Numbered from the stretch's first letter, positions 35,489 to 43,290 are shown. The stretch: DNA of 53,115 nucleotides from an uncultured Anaerolineales bacterium (GCA_964412395.1 CAYPOY010000001.1:1-53115); one strand, 5' to 3'. Notes: a model not told the origin generated them from the sequence alone. A program made the numbers and translations.

Positions 35489-38299
35489 ATGAAGAAGCTA
35501 CTGACAATCTGTGCAGCAGCAGGTCTGATCCTGGCGTTTAGCGGCCTTGCCATTGCAGGTGTCCCTGGTGATCTGTTCAACGACGGGGATCGCACAACCG
35601 TCAAGGTCCGTGCAGACGATGCAGACGATTACGCCTACGTCTCGGCGACGTTGTATCCTAACCTTAAGGCAACCGTAGCGGATGGGTGGAAGTCGGTCAG
35701 TCTCCCGTTTGCCGGAAACAACAAGGACAATACGCCCTTCGATGTGGTCCGGGACCGTATGGAGACGATGCGGTTCTACTTCAATTGCAAGGACAGTAGA
35801 TACAACGATCTCGACGATCCGCATATCCAGATCGACAACGTCAAGTTGACTAAAACCGGTCTGTCCGATCTGGTGATTGACAACTTCGACGACGGCAACC
35901 TGAGGTGGTCCTACCAGCAGCACCCCGCACCTTCGAGCCCACCTGGCGGCGTCAGCGTTTCCCTCGCCGATGTCACGGGCAAGGGTAAAGTCCTCGACAT
36001 TCACGTCACCGATATGGATGCCCGGGACTTTGGCCCCAATTGGGAGATGAATTACATCGACATCTTCACCTGCTTGACCAACGACGCCAGTGACAGCTTC
36101 ATCTACGGCGACGACTGGTCGGCCTACGACAACCTCGAATTCGAGTGGCAGGTCCTGGACCCGGGCACGAGAAGGGACTACATTGACCTCTACGTCAGGA
36201 CCGACGTCCTTCGCACGGTGTACGTGGACGACGACTACACGTCCAGCACTCCAGGCTGGGACGTCACTCACTTCAACACGATCCAGGGTGGCATCAATGC
36301 GGTGGGGACCGGTGGGACCGTCTATGTGCTGCCAGGGACCTACCCCGAGAACCTGACCATCCCGAAGTCGCTTACCTTGTCCTGTGCCAGTGGAGGTGGC
36401 ACGACGGTTTACCCGGCAACCTCGGATGTCCAAGGCTCAGCCCCTACTAAGTGCGAGGGCCCCAGTTTCACTGGCTCCCAGATGGTGGTAGTCCAAGCGG
36501 ACGACGTGACCATCGAGCACTGTATCTTCGATGGGAACAACCCGAACATTAGCAGCGGGGAGACAGTGAACGGGGTGGACATTGATGCCCGCAATGGGAT
36601 CATTGTGGACTACCCTTCAGGCGACTATAGCAACCTGGAGGTCCGCTATTGCACCGTTAAGAACATCTTCCTCAGGGCAATCTACCCCGCGGCAGACGGC
36701 TCGGGACACCATATCCACCACAACACGATAGACAATGCGGATGGCTGTGATGGCCAATCAACGGGGGTGATGTTCTACGGGGCGAGTGGAACTGTCAACG
36801 ACAACACCATATCTCGCTGCAAGATCGGGATCATGTACCATCAGAGTTCCGACGGGGACATCATTGAGAACACGGTGTCCGACAGCAAATGTGGCATCGC
36901 GGTAAACGGTAACGATGCCCCAACCAAAGTCTGCTACAACACCGTCACCAACGCTGGCGAGGATGGAGCCATCCAGGCGGTGAGCGTGGACGAGTCGGTA
37001 GACATCTGCTGCAACGAAGTCACCGGAGACAGCGACGGGATCATCGTCTACGGTGGCCACGACGAGTCCATAGAAATCTTCGACAACAAGCTCACCGGCG
37101 ATGGTAACCATTCGGGACTTCTGATCACCACGGACTTGACCCCTTGGGGTTCCGAGGATTCCACCGGCGTGGATGCCTGGGGCAACACGATTACCAACTA
37201 TGACAAAGGTGTTGAGGTAGATAGTCCTATAGTTGGCAATACTGTCACCGCCATGGTAAAGGGCAACAACATCTCTGGCAATGTCACCTGGGGCGCGGAG
37301 AATAGCGATGCCGGCTCTACACTGGACGCCACCAACAACTGGTGGGGAAGCCCCACTGGGCCAAAGCATGCCACTGGCAATCCTGGCGGAACGGGTGATA
37401 ATGTCTCGGACAACGTCCTCTACAATCCCTGGGCGCAGGCGCTGGTGGTGCTGGATCCCTGGCGCACGGAGCTACACGAGTGCGAGGAGGTGATGTTGGA
37501 CGTCAAGGTCAGGGCCAACAATATGTACGGAATCCAGTTCATCGTCCACTTCGATCCGACCAACCTCCAGGTCACCGATGCGGGCTGGACTCCTGATCCG
37601 TTCTACCCGGATCAGATAATATGGGATGCAGTGGTGGACAACGTCGGCGGCACGGTGAAATTCGCCGCCACCCAAAGAGACGACATGCATTCCGACCCAG
37701 TCACTCTGATGTGGGATGAGGTGGCCTACGTGACCTTCCACTGCATTGGGCCGAGCTACGATCACATCTGGCTCGAGGAGCTGATGCTGGGCGAGAAGGA
37801 AGAAGGTATGGAGATCCCATCAACCTACACCTCGGCCTGCATCAAGAACATCCCACCCGAGGCCGGGAGCATCACCGGGCAGGTGGATCTCCAGGGCCGC
37901 ACGGATGAGAAGGGGGCCATCATCACCACAAGCCCCGGTGGCTACTGGTCAGCCAGCGACTCGGCTGGCAACTACACCATCTCGAACGTCCCACCCGGGA
38001 CGTACACCGTGAACCCCGAGATGACCCTGTACCTCGACAGCTCGAAGAGCGGTGTGGTGGTCAACACAGGTGCGACGACGACGCTGAGCCAGGTCAGGTT
38101 GCTCGGTGGCGACTGCAACGATAGTGAGCATATCGAGATCCACGATGCGACCATCATCGGCTCCGCCTTTGGCTCGGTGCCCACCGACTCCAACTGGGAT
38201 CCAAGGGCCGACATCAACGCCGATGGGAAGGTGAACATCCTTGACGCGGTGATCCTGGGCGGCAACTGGGATAAGTGCAGCCCGGTTTCCTGGCCATAA
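35489..38299 (+). CDS. Secreted multidomain protein: CBM-like N-terminus, parallel beta-helix (PbH1 repeats), cohesin-like module, CarboxypepD_reg-like domain, C-terminal dockerin
   Basis: Signal peptide MKKLLTICAAAGLILAFSGLAIAG, with AAGGAGGA 8 nt upstream. Beta-helix rungs (HCIFDGNN, VRYCTVKNIF, HHNTIDNA, NDNTISRC, IENTVSDS, CYNTVTNA). Cohesin-like LDVKVRANNMYGIQFIVHFDPTNLQVTD. GSITGQVDLQGRTDEKGAII...NYTISNVPPGTYTV. Dockerin loops DCNDSEHIEIHD and DINADGKVNILD. Confidence 0.85.
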   Translation: MKKLLTICAAAGLILAFSGLAIAGVPGDLFNDGDRTTVKVRADDADDYAYVSATLYPNLKATVADGWKSVSLPFAGNNKDNTPFDVVRDRMETMRFYFNCKDSRYNDLDDPHIQIDNVKLTKTGLSDLVIDNFDDGNLRWSYQQHPAPSSPPGGVSVSLADVTGKGKVLDIHVTDMDARDFGPNWEMNYIDIFTCLTNDASDSFIYGDDWSAYDNLEFEWQVLDPGTRRDYIDLYVRTDVLRTVYVDDDYTSSTPGWDVTHFNTIQGGINAVGTGGTVYVLPGTYPENLTIPKSLTLSCASGGGTTVYPATSDVQGSAPTKCEGPSFTGSQMVVVQADDVTIEHCIFDGNNPNISSGETVNGVDIDARNGIIVDYPSGDYSNLEVRYCTVKNIFLRAIYPAADGSGHHIHHNTIDNADGCDGQSTGVMFYGASGTVNDNTISRCKIGIMYHQSSDGDIIENTVSDSKCGIAVNGNDAPTKVCYNTVTNAGEDGAIQAVSVDESVDICCNEVTGDSDGIIVYGGHDESIEIFDNKLTGDGNHSGLLITTDLTPWGSEDSTGVDAWGNTITNYDKGVEVDSPIVGNTVTAMVKGNNISGNVTWGAENSDAGSTLDATNNWWGSPTGPKHATGNPGGTGDNVSDNVLYNPWAQALVVLDPWRTELHECEEVMLDVKVRANNMYGIQFIVHFDPTNLQVTDAGWTPDPFYPDQIIWDAVVDNVGGTVKFAATQRDDMHSDPVTLMWDEVAYVTFHCIGPSYDHIWLEELMLGEKEEGMEIPSTYTSACIKNIPPEAGSITGQVDLQGRTDEKGAIITTSPGGYWSASDSAGNYTISNVPPGTYTVNPEMTLYLDSSKSGVVVNTGATTTLSQVRLLGGDCNDSEHIEIHDATIIGSAFGSVPTDSNWDPRADINADGKVNILDAVILGGNWDKCSPVSWP

Positions 38300-38356
38300 G
38301 GCTGACCAGGCATCGGTTCATCAAGGCTGACGTTGGCTTGACCACAGAAAGAAGGA

Positions 38357-38393
38357 GGGAGGTGGTGCCTCAGGAGATGGGGCACCACCTCCC
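38357..38393 (+). terminator. Strong 13-bp hairpin downstream of the dockerin gene (no clear U-tract)
   Basis: gggaggtggtgcc (38357..38369) pairs with ggcaccacctccc (38381..38393). Confidence 0.4.
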
Positions 38394-38748
38394 TGGAGGC
38401 AGATAGCCGAGGCTGTGTTGCTTACGGTTATGGCGGAGGGTAGAACCCGCACGGTAAGCGTCCAGCGAAGCTTCGCCTCAAACCGACAAGAGAAATGGGA
38501 CGCAGATGCACGCAGATAAAAGCAGAAAAATCAGCGTAGATCAGCGTTCATCTGCGTCCAGAATCTTGCCTCGTTGTAAACAATTTGTACCTGTAGATCA
38601 GAAACCCGGTTTTTGATGCTCCACAAGCAAAGTAGTGTTGGCTGCAGGCGCTTTTCGGAGAACAAATGGGTTCCTCCGGCAGGGAAAACCGGGTTTCCTG
38701 GTCTCCGGCTGAACGGTTGCTCTGCGTGTAGCGAGAGGAAAGGACCAG

Positions 38749-39855
38749 ATGAAACTGTGGGGTTCGATTGACCTGAGAAAGCAGCCATGCCGGACGATCC
38801 TCCGGTTGGTCGCGATACAAATGAGCATAGCTCTGCTGGTTTGCCTGCCTGGACTGGGACAGGCGACCACGGTCTGGGCGCAAGAGGGAGTGACGGTACG
38901 GCCAGATCCCTCGTCGCTGGAGGTAGAGGCAGGAAGCACAGGCGCGGTGGACATCCTGGTGGAGAATGTGACCGATCTCTATGGGATCGAGTTTGAAATC
39001 ACCTTCGACCAGGCGCTGCTGGAGGTGGTAGATGCCGACCCCGTGAGAGAAGGCATCCAGATTCAGCCAGGCGACTTGCTCAGCCCAGACTGGCTTCTCG
39101 ACAACACCGTTGACAATGACAACGGGACCGTAGCTTATGCCCTCTGCCAACTGAACCCCAGCCCGCCGCAGAGTGGGGACGGGGTCCTAGCCATCATCAC
39201 CTGGCGCAGCAAGGCCGTGGGGACAAGCCCCATTCACTTCGCCTACGTGCTGCTGGGTGCGCCGGGAGGCGTGGAGATCCCAGCCAGTGCCGGGGATGGC
39301 CAGATCATCGTCGTATCTGCTCAAGCCCCACCAGCCGACACCCTGACGCCTACGGCTGCGCCCACGGGGACCCCCACCCCTGTGCCACCAACGTCCGCAC
39401 CGACTTCCACCCCGATACCACCAATCTCCACACCGACCTTCACCCCGATCCCACCAACGTCCACACCGCCAGCGACGGCCGTTCCGGAGGCCACGGAGAC
39501 GCCAGCGGCCACGCCGACCTCAACTCCGCCCAACACGACGACACCTACGGGCGTGCCCACGTCTGTGTCTACGCCGACCTCCACCCCGCTGCCGACAGCA
39601 ACGCCTGTCGTGCAAGGGACAGAGCCTTCCTCGCCCACAGCGACCGCAGTTCAGCCCACAAGCACTGCTGTATCAGCGGCAGCCGCCCATCCTGTGCCTA
39701 CCCAGACGGAAGCCTCGCCAATGCCCTTAACCCCCACACCGGTCTCACCTTCGGGCTCGTCAGGGATTTCGACAGGTAGCCTGACGTACGTCGCCCTCGC
39801 TTGCCTGGTTGTGGCAGCGCTCGGTGCATGGGTATTATGGAGACGAATGCGGTAA
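38749..39855 (+). CDS. Membrane-anchored cohesin-domain protein (signal peptide, cohesin, long Pro/Thr linker, C-terminal TM helix)
   Basis: Cohesin block VDILVENVTDLYGIEFEITFDQALLEVVDADP...NGTVAYALCQLNP...GVLAIITWRSKAVGTSPIHF. About 170 aa of PT-rich linker. C-terminus LTYVALACLVVAALGAWVLWRRMR. Confidence 0.8.
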   Translation: MKLWGSIDLRKQPCRTILRLVAIQMSIALLVCLPGLGQATTVWAQEGVTVRPDPSSLEVEAGSTGAVDILVENVTDLYGIEFEITFDQALLEVVDADPVREGIQIQPGDLLSPDWLLDNTVDNDNGTVAYALCQLNPSPPQSGDGVLAIITWRSKAVGTSPIHFAYVLLGAPGGVEIPASAGDGQIIVVSAQAPPADTLTPTAAPTGTPTPVPPTSAPTSTPIPPISTPTFTPIPPTSTPPATAVPEATETPAATPTSTPPNTTTPTGVPTSVSTPTSTPLPTATPVVQGTEPSSPTATAVQPTSTAVSAAAAHPVPTQTEASPMPLTPTPVSPSGSSGISTGSLTYVALACLVVAALGAWVLWRRMR

Positions 39856-39879
39856 CCCTGGATCCAGGAGAGGTGGGCA

Positions 39880-41094
39880 ATGAACGCAATGAAAAGGATA
39901 AAAAGGATGAAAAGTATCCGCAATAGCCTGGATACCCTCCGGCAACGACTGTGCTGGACGGGCCTGCGGGTGGCAGCATGGCTGACAATCGCCTGCTTAC
40001 TGCTGTTTTTCTTCGGCAACAGTGGGCTGGCAACGATAGGCTGGGCCGACGGATCCACAACGGTGAGCATCGCCCCTGCCTCACAGGAGATCTTCCTGGG
40101 AGGCACTGACGTCACCGATGTCCTGGTCGAGGACGTGACCGATCTCTACGGGTTTGAATTTGAGATTGCCTTTGACCCGGCGATACTGGAGGTGGTGGAT
40201 GCCGACCCTGGAAAGGCAGGGGTACAGATCCAGCCGGGCGACTTTCTCAGCCCGGACTGGCTTCTCGAAAACTCGGTTGACAATGACAACGGGAGCATAG
40301 CTTATGCCCTTTGCCAACTGAACCCCAGCCCGCCGCAGAGTGGGGATGGTGTCCTGGCTAGCATCACCTGGCGTGGCAAGATTATGGGGACAAGCCCAAT
40401 CACCTTGACCTATGTGCAGTTGGGTGCGCCGCGTGGCGTACCAATTCCGGCCAGCACCCAGGATGGTGAGATTACGGTGGGAGAACCCTCTCCCGGGCCC
40501 ACCATCGCCAGCCTCAGCCCGGGCTCGGCCACGGCGGGCAGCCCGGCCTTCGCCCTCACGGTCAACGGCACCAACTTCGTCAGCGGCTCGACCGTGCGCT
40601 GGGACGCCGCAGCCCGGACGACCACCTTCATCAGCAGCACACAACTCACCGCTGCCATCACCGCTGCCGACATCGCCGCCGCGGGCACGATCAGCGTCAC
40701 GGCGGTCAATCCCGCGCCTGGCGGTGGCACGTCCAATGCTCTGCTCTTCACAATCGCCAACCCCGCACCGACCATCACCAGCCTCAGCCCCATCTCGGCC
40801 ACGGTGGGCGGCCCAGCCTTCACCCTTACCGTCAACGGCAGCAACTTCGTCAGCGGCTCAACCGTGCAGTGGGACGGCTCGGCCCGGGCAACGACGTTTG
40901 TCAGTAACACGCAACTCACCGCCGCCATCACCGCCGCCGACGTCATCACGGCAGGCGTGGTCAGTGTCACGGTGGCCGACCTGCTTGGGCCTGGCGGTGG
41001 CACGTCCAACGCGCTGCCCTTCGAGATTACCGAGCTGGGTCCGGAACCCCCAGCCAGCCTTGTTTACCTGCCGCTCATTCTCAACAATCACTAG
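39880..41094 (+). CDS. Cohesin-domain protein with two IPT/TIG-like repeats and C-terminal LVYLPLILNNH
   Basis: The cohesin block matches 38749..39855 at 89 of 116 aligned residues (hand count). Two repeats: PTI(A/T)SLSP.SATAG.PAF.LTVNG.NFVSGSTV.WD...RTTTF.S.TQLTAAITAAD. N-terminal signal anchor. Confidence 0.8.
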   Translation: MNAMKRIKRMKSIRNSLDTLRQRLCWTGLRVAAWLTIACLLLFFFGNSGLATIGWADGSTTVSIAPASQEIFLGGTDVTDVLVEDVTDLYGFEFEIAFDPAILEVVDADPGKAGVQIQPGDFLSPDWLLENSVDNDNGSIAYALCQLNPSPPQSGDGVLASITWRGKIMGTSPITLTYVQLGAPRGVPIPASTQDGEITVGEPSPGPTIASLSPGSATAGSPAFALTVNGTNFVSGSTVRWDAAARTTTFISSTQLTAAITAADIAAAGTISVTAVNPAPGGGTSNALLFTIANPAPTITSLSPISATVGGPAFTLTVNGSNFVSGSTVQWDGSARATTFVSNTQLTAAITAADVITAGVVSVTVADLLGPGGGTSNALPFEITELGPEPPASLVYLPLILNNH

Positions 41095-41112
41095 GACGTG
41101 GTCAGGAGTCTT

Positions 41113-41730
41113 ATGGGCAGAGCGGAGAACTCCAGAGTGCCACCGGTTCAGTATACACGGACGTTCGTCCGCATCGTGGGGCTTGTCTTGCTCATCGAGC
41201 AACTTCTCATCGGCCTCCCATCTACTCACACGCTGGCCTGCACCAAGAACGCGCCATCCGAGTCAGGCGCTATCACCGGGAAGGTGGACCTCCAGGGCCG
41301 CACCGATGAGCAGGGCGCCATCGTCTTCATCAGCCCCGGTGGCACCGGTGGCTACTTGTCAGTCAGCGACTCCAGCGGCAACTACACCATCTCGAACGTC
41401 CCGCCCGGTACGTACGACGTAAGCATTGAGATGACACTGTACCTGGGTGCCTCGAAGAGTGATGTGGTGGTCAGTGCGGGTGAGACCACGACGCTCAGCC
41501 CGGTCAGGTTGCTCGGTGGCGACTGCAACGACGATGACATTGTCAGCACCCTGGATGCGACCATCATCGGCGCCACCTTCGGCTCGGCGCCCGGCGACGC
41601 CAACTGGGATCCACTGGCCGACGTCAACGACGATGGGAAGGTGAACATCCTTGACGCGGCGCTCTTGGGCCAGAACTGGAACAAGTCCAGCCCGGTTCCC
41701 TGGCCATGGGGCACCATCTGCTTCCCTTGA
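41113..41730 (+). CDS. Small CarboxypepD_reg + dockerin protein (duplicate of the C-terminal module of 35489..38299)
   Basis: GAITGKVDLQGRTDEQGAIVF...NYTISNVPPGTYDV. Dockerin loops DCNDDDIVSTLD and DVNDDGKVNILD. The ORF track starts at GTG 41098. ATG 41113 has CAGGAG upstream. It is unclear whether the N-terminal ~45 aa are a real signal/anchor. Confidence 0.65.
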   Translation: MGRAENSRVPPVQYTRTFVRIVGLVLLIEQLLIGLPSTHTLACTKNAPSESGAITGKVDLQGRTDEQGAIVFISPGGTGGYLSVSDSSGNYTISNVPPGTYDVSIEMTLYLGASKSDVVVSAGETTTLSPVRLLGGDCNDDDIVSTLDATIIGATFGSAPGDANWDPLADVNDDGKVNILDAALLGQNWNKSSPVPWPWGTICFP

Positions 41731-41763
41731 GGCAGATAGCCATGGCCCAGTCGGCGCCGATGG

Positions 41764-41800
41764 CAAAAGAAAAGGGCAGGGTCACAGATGGCCCTGCCCC
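41764..41800 (-). terminator. Intrinsic terminator of hsp20 (minus strand)
   Basis: 8-bp stem gggcaggg / ccctgccc. On the minus strand it is followed by ttttcttttg. Confidence 0.7.
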
Positions 41801-41819
41801 GTTCACTTGTTCGCCTGGT

Positions 41820-42266
41820 CTACTTCCGCTTGACCTTGATAACCTTGGGTCTGGTCTCCTCGGCCTTGGGCAAAGTTAGCGTCAGCGCGCCGTTCTCGAA
41901 GACCGCCTCGGCCTTCCCCGCGTCCACAGGCACGTTCAGTGTCAGCGTGCGCGAGAATGCGCCATAAGGTCGCTCCTGGAACAGATACTCGACGTTCTCC
42001 AACGGTGGTCGCAACTCGCCACGGATGGTCAGGGTATCGCCTTGGATGACGATATCCAGCTCATCGGGGGTCAGTCCGGGCAGCGATGCGACGATGGCGA
42101 TCTCCTCCGGGGTCGTGTACACGTCCAGCGGGAGCCGAAGCGGCCGTTCCCGTGAACTTTCACCCCAACTCCGCGCCGGGCGGACGAAACTTTCTTCAAA
42201 GAGTTGATCCATCGCCTCGCGCAAGGTCATCATCTCGCGCCATGGATTCCAGCGTGTTATGGTCAT
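41820..42266 (-). CDS. Small heat-shock protein (Hsp20/alpha-crystallin family)
   Basis: MTITRWNPWREMMTLREAMDQLFEESF...PLDVYTTPEEIAIVASLPGL...GAFSRTLTLNVPVDAGKAEAVFENGALTLTLPK. GGGAGGTGG RBS. ORF track 41820..42416 trimmed. Confidence 0.92.
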   Translation of the reverse strand: MTITRWNPWREMMTLREAMDQLFEESFVRPARSWGESSRERPLRLPLDVYTTPEEIAIVASLPGLTPDELDIVIQGDTLTIRGELRPPLENVEYLFQERPYGAFSRTLTLNVPVDAGKAEAVFENGALTLTLPKAEETRPKVIKVKRK

Positions 42267-42326
42267 CTTACCACCTCCCTGGTTCAATAAGTAGCATAGG
42301 CCCTTGTGGCCGTTCCACAAGGGGCC

Positions 42327-42481
42327 TAGGCTAGTTTTCGGTACAAAACTGTTTTCCAATGCTCCCAGTCCCCGTCCCAGGGGCGGTTTGGGCGCGAAAA
42401 CCGTGTCAAAGAGCAATTGTCTCTCGCATGGGCCGCCCCCGAGACGGGGGCTTTGAGCGTTTTGTACCGAGAACTAGGCTA
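42327..42481. mobile_element. About 155-bp inverted-repeat element between the two hsp20 genes (MITE-like or regulatory)
   Basis: Arms aggctagttttcggtacaaaac (42328..42349) and gttttgtaccgagaactaggct (42460..42480) are complementary at 20 of 22 positions. A 36-nt internal core recurs at 20553..20588 and, inverted, at 24112..24139. Confidence 0.5.
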
Positions 42482-42523
42482 CAAATTCTGCAATGCGCCC
42501 TCTGCCTCCCCCCTCCCTACTCC

Positions 42524-42982
42524 CTACTCCTTCTCCTTAGCCTTGACCTTGATCGCCTTAGGCTTGATCTCTTCAGCCTTGGGGAGTGTCAGGGTCAGAA
42601 CACCGTTCTCAAACTCAGCCTCCGCCTTGTCGGCCACGACCGGGAGTGGGATGGTCAGCGAACGGCAGAAAGAGCCATAGCGCCGCTCGCGATGGATGTA
42701 CCCTTTCTCTTTGACCTCTTCCTCGGTCTTGGTCTCGCCCTTGATAGTCAGGGTATCGCTGGTGATGCTGATGTCTATGTCCTTGGGCTCGACGCCAGGA
42801 ATGGCCGACTTGACGACGATGGCGTCATCAGTCTCATACATATCCACGGCCAATGTTTCCGCCCCGACTGGGGCCAGCCACCTGGCCCGGGGTCGTACGA
42901 AGCTCTCCTCGAAGAGTCGGTCCATTGCATCCCGCAGGCTGACCAGGTCATGGAAGGGCTCCCAACGCACCAAGTTCGTCAT
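42524..42982 (-). CDS. Small heat-shock protein (Hsp20/alpha-crystallin family)
   Basis: MTNLVRWEPFHDLVSLRDAMDRLFEESF...AVDMYETDDAIVVKSAIPGV...GSFCRSLTIPLPVVADKAEAEFENGVLTLTLPK. AAGGAGG RBS. Confidence 0.92.
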   Translation of the reverse strand: MTNLVRWEPFHDLVSLRDAMDRLFEESFVRPRARWLAPVGAETLAVDMYETDDAIVVKSAIPGVEPKDIDISITSDTLTIKGETKTEEEVKEKGYIHRERRYGSFCRSLTIPLPVVADKAEAEFENGVLTLTLPKAEEIKPKAIKVKAKEKE

Positions 42983-43156
42983 CTCTGTACCTCCTTAGAT
43001 CAGGATTGATTTTGTAGTCTCATAGCGCACGGTGGCTACAAGCATCTATATTTTTACACTCCCATCATTAGATTAGCGCAAGAGCCACATTAGAAATGCG
43101 CTAGAAAGAGAACACCCCCGCCATGTGCGCGGGGGGCAACAAGTAACGTAAGCGTT

Positions 43157-43195
43157 CCCCCCTCCCTCTCAGGGAGGGGCAGGGGGAGGGTGGCG
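43157..43195. repeat. G/C-rich palindromic element (family CACCCCC...CCCCTCCC-loop-GGGAGGGG), inverted orientation
   Basis: cccccctccctctcagggaggggcagggggagggtggcg. Stem cccctccct/agggagggg. Confidence 0.7.
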
Positions 43196-43252
43196 CCCAT
43201 CAGACCGACCAGCCATGTCGTGGGTTCAGCTCACTCTTGAATATTGAGACTT

Positions 43253-43290
43253 CCACCCCCACCCAACCCTTCCCCTGTCAGGGGGAGGGC
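43253..43290. repeat. G/C-rich palindromic element, second copy
   Basis: ccacccccacccaacccttcccctgtcagggggagggc. Same architecture as 52928..52966. Confidence 0.7.

Noticed and set aside
38531-39150. Minus-strand ORFs 38531..38788, 38548..39150 and 38598..38954 upstream of and over the first cohesin gene
   Set aside because: They run through the palindromic repeat region and antisense to the cohesin gene. Their translations contain repeat-derived peptides (ETRF, KTGF, MNADLR) and no domain signal.
39321-39638. Minus-strand ORF rich in Gly/Val (105 aa), and similar ORFs at 26533..26907(-)
   Set aside because: They are the reverse complement of Pro/Thr-linker coding sequence (ACN/CCN repeats read as GGN/GTN). 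This is an artefact of low-complexity linkers.
34680-41800. tRNA-Arg-adjacent genomic island or prophage carrying the cohesin/dockerin locus
   Set aside because: I found no integrase or recombinase gene and no direct repeat of the tRNA 3' end (ttcgagtcccgccgggcgcgcca) downstream. Only the ~700-bp segment right after the tRNA is compositionally different by eye. Island status is therefore unsupported, though tRNA proximity is noted.
42267-43110. CIRCE (TTAGCACTC-N9-GAGTGCTAA), HAIR (CTTGAGT-N7-ACTCAAG) or ROSE-type thermometer at the hsp20 genes
   Set aside because: Neither consensus is present. The 9-bp hairpin at 42301..42323 does not include the Shine-Dalgarno sequence (GGGAGGTGG at about 42272..42280), so a ROSE-like occlusion mechanism is not supported.
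43226-43238. 13-nt identity cagctcactcttg between 43226..43238 and the 3' end of the FHA gene (44406..44418)
   Set aside because: It is too short to establish a duplication. The flanks do not align beyond the shared IQE-stop codons, so it may be coincidence or a tiny remnant. Not pursued.
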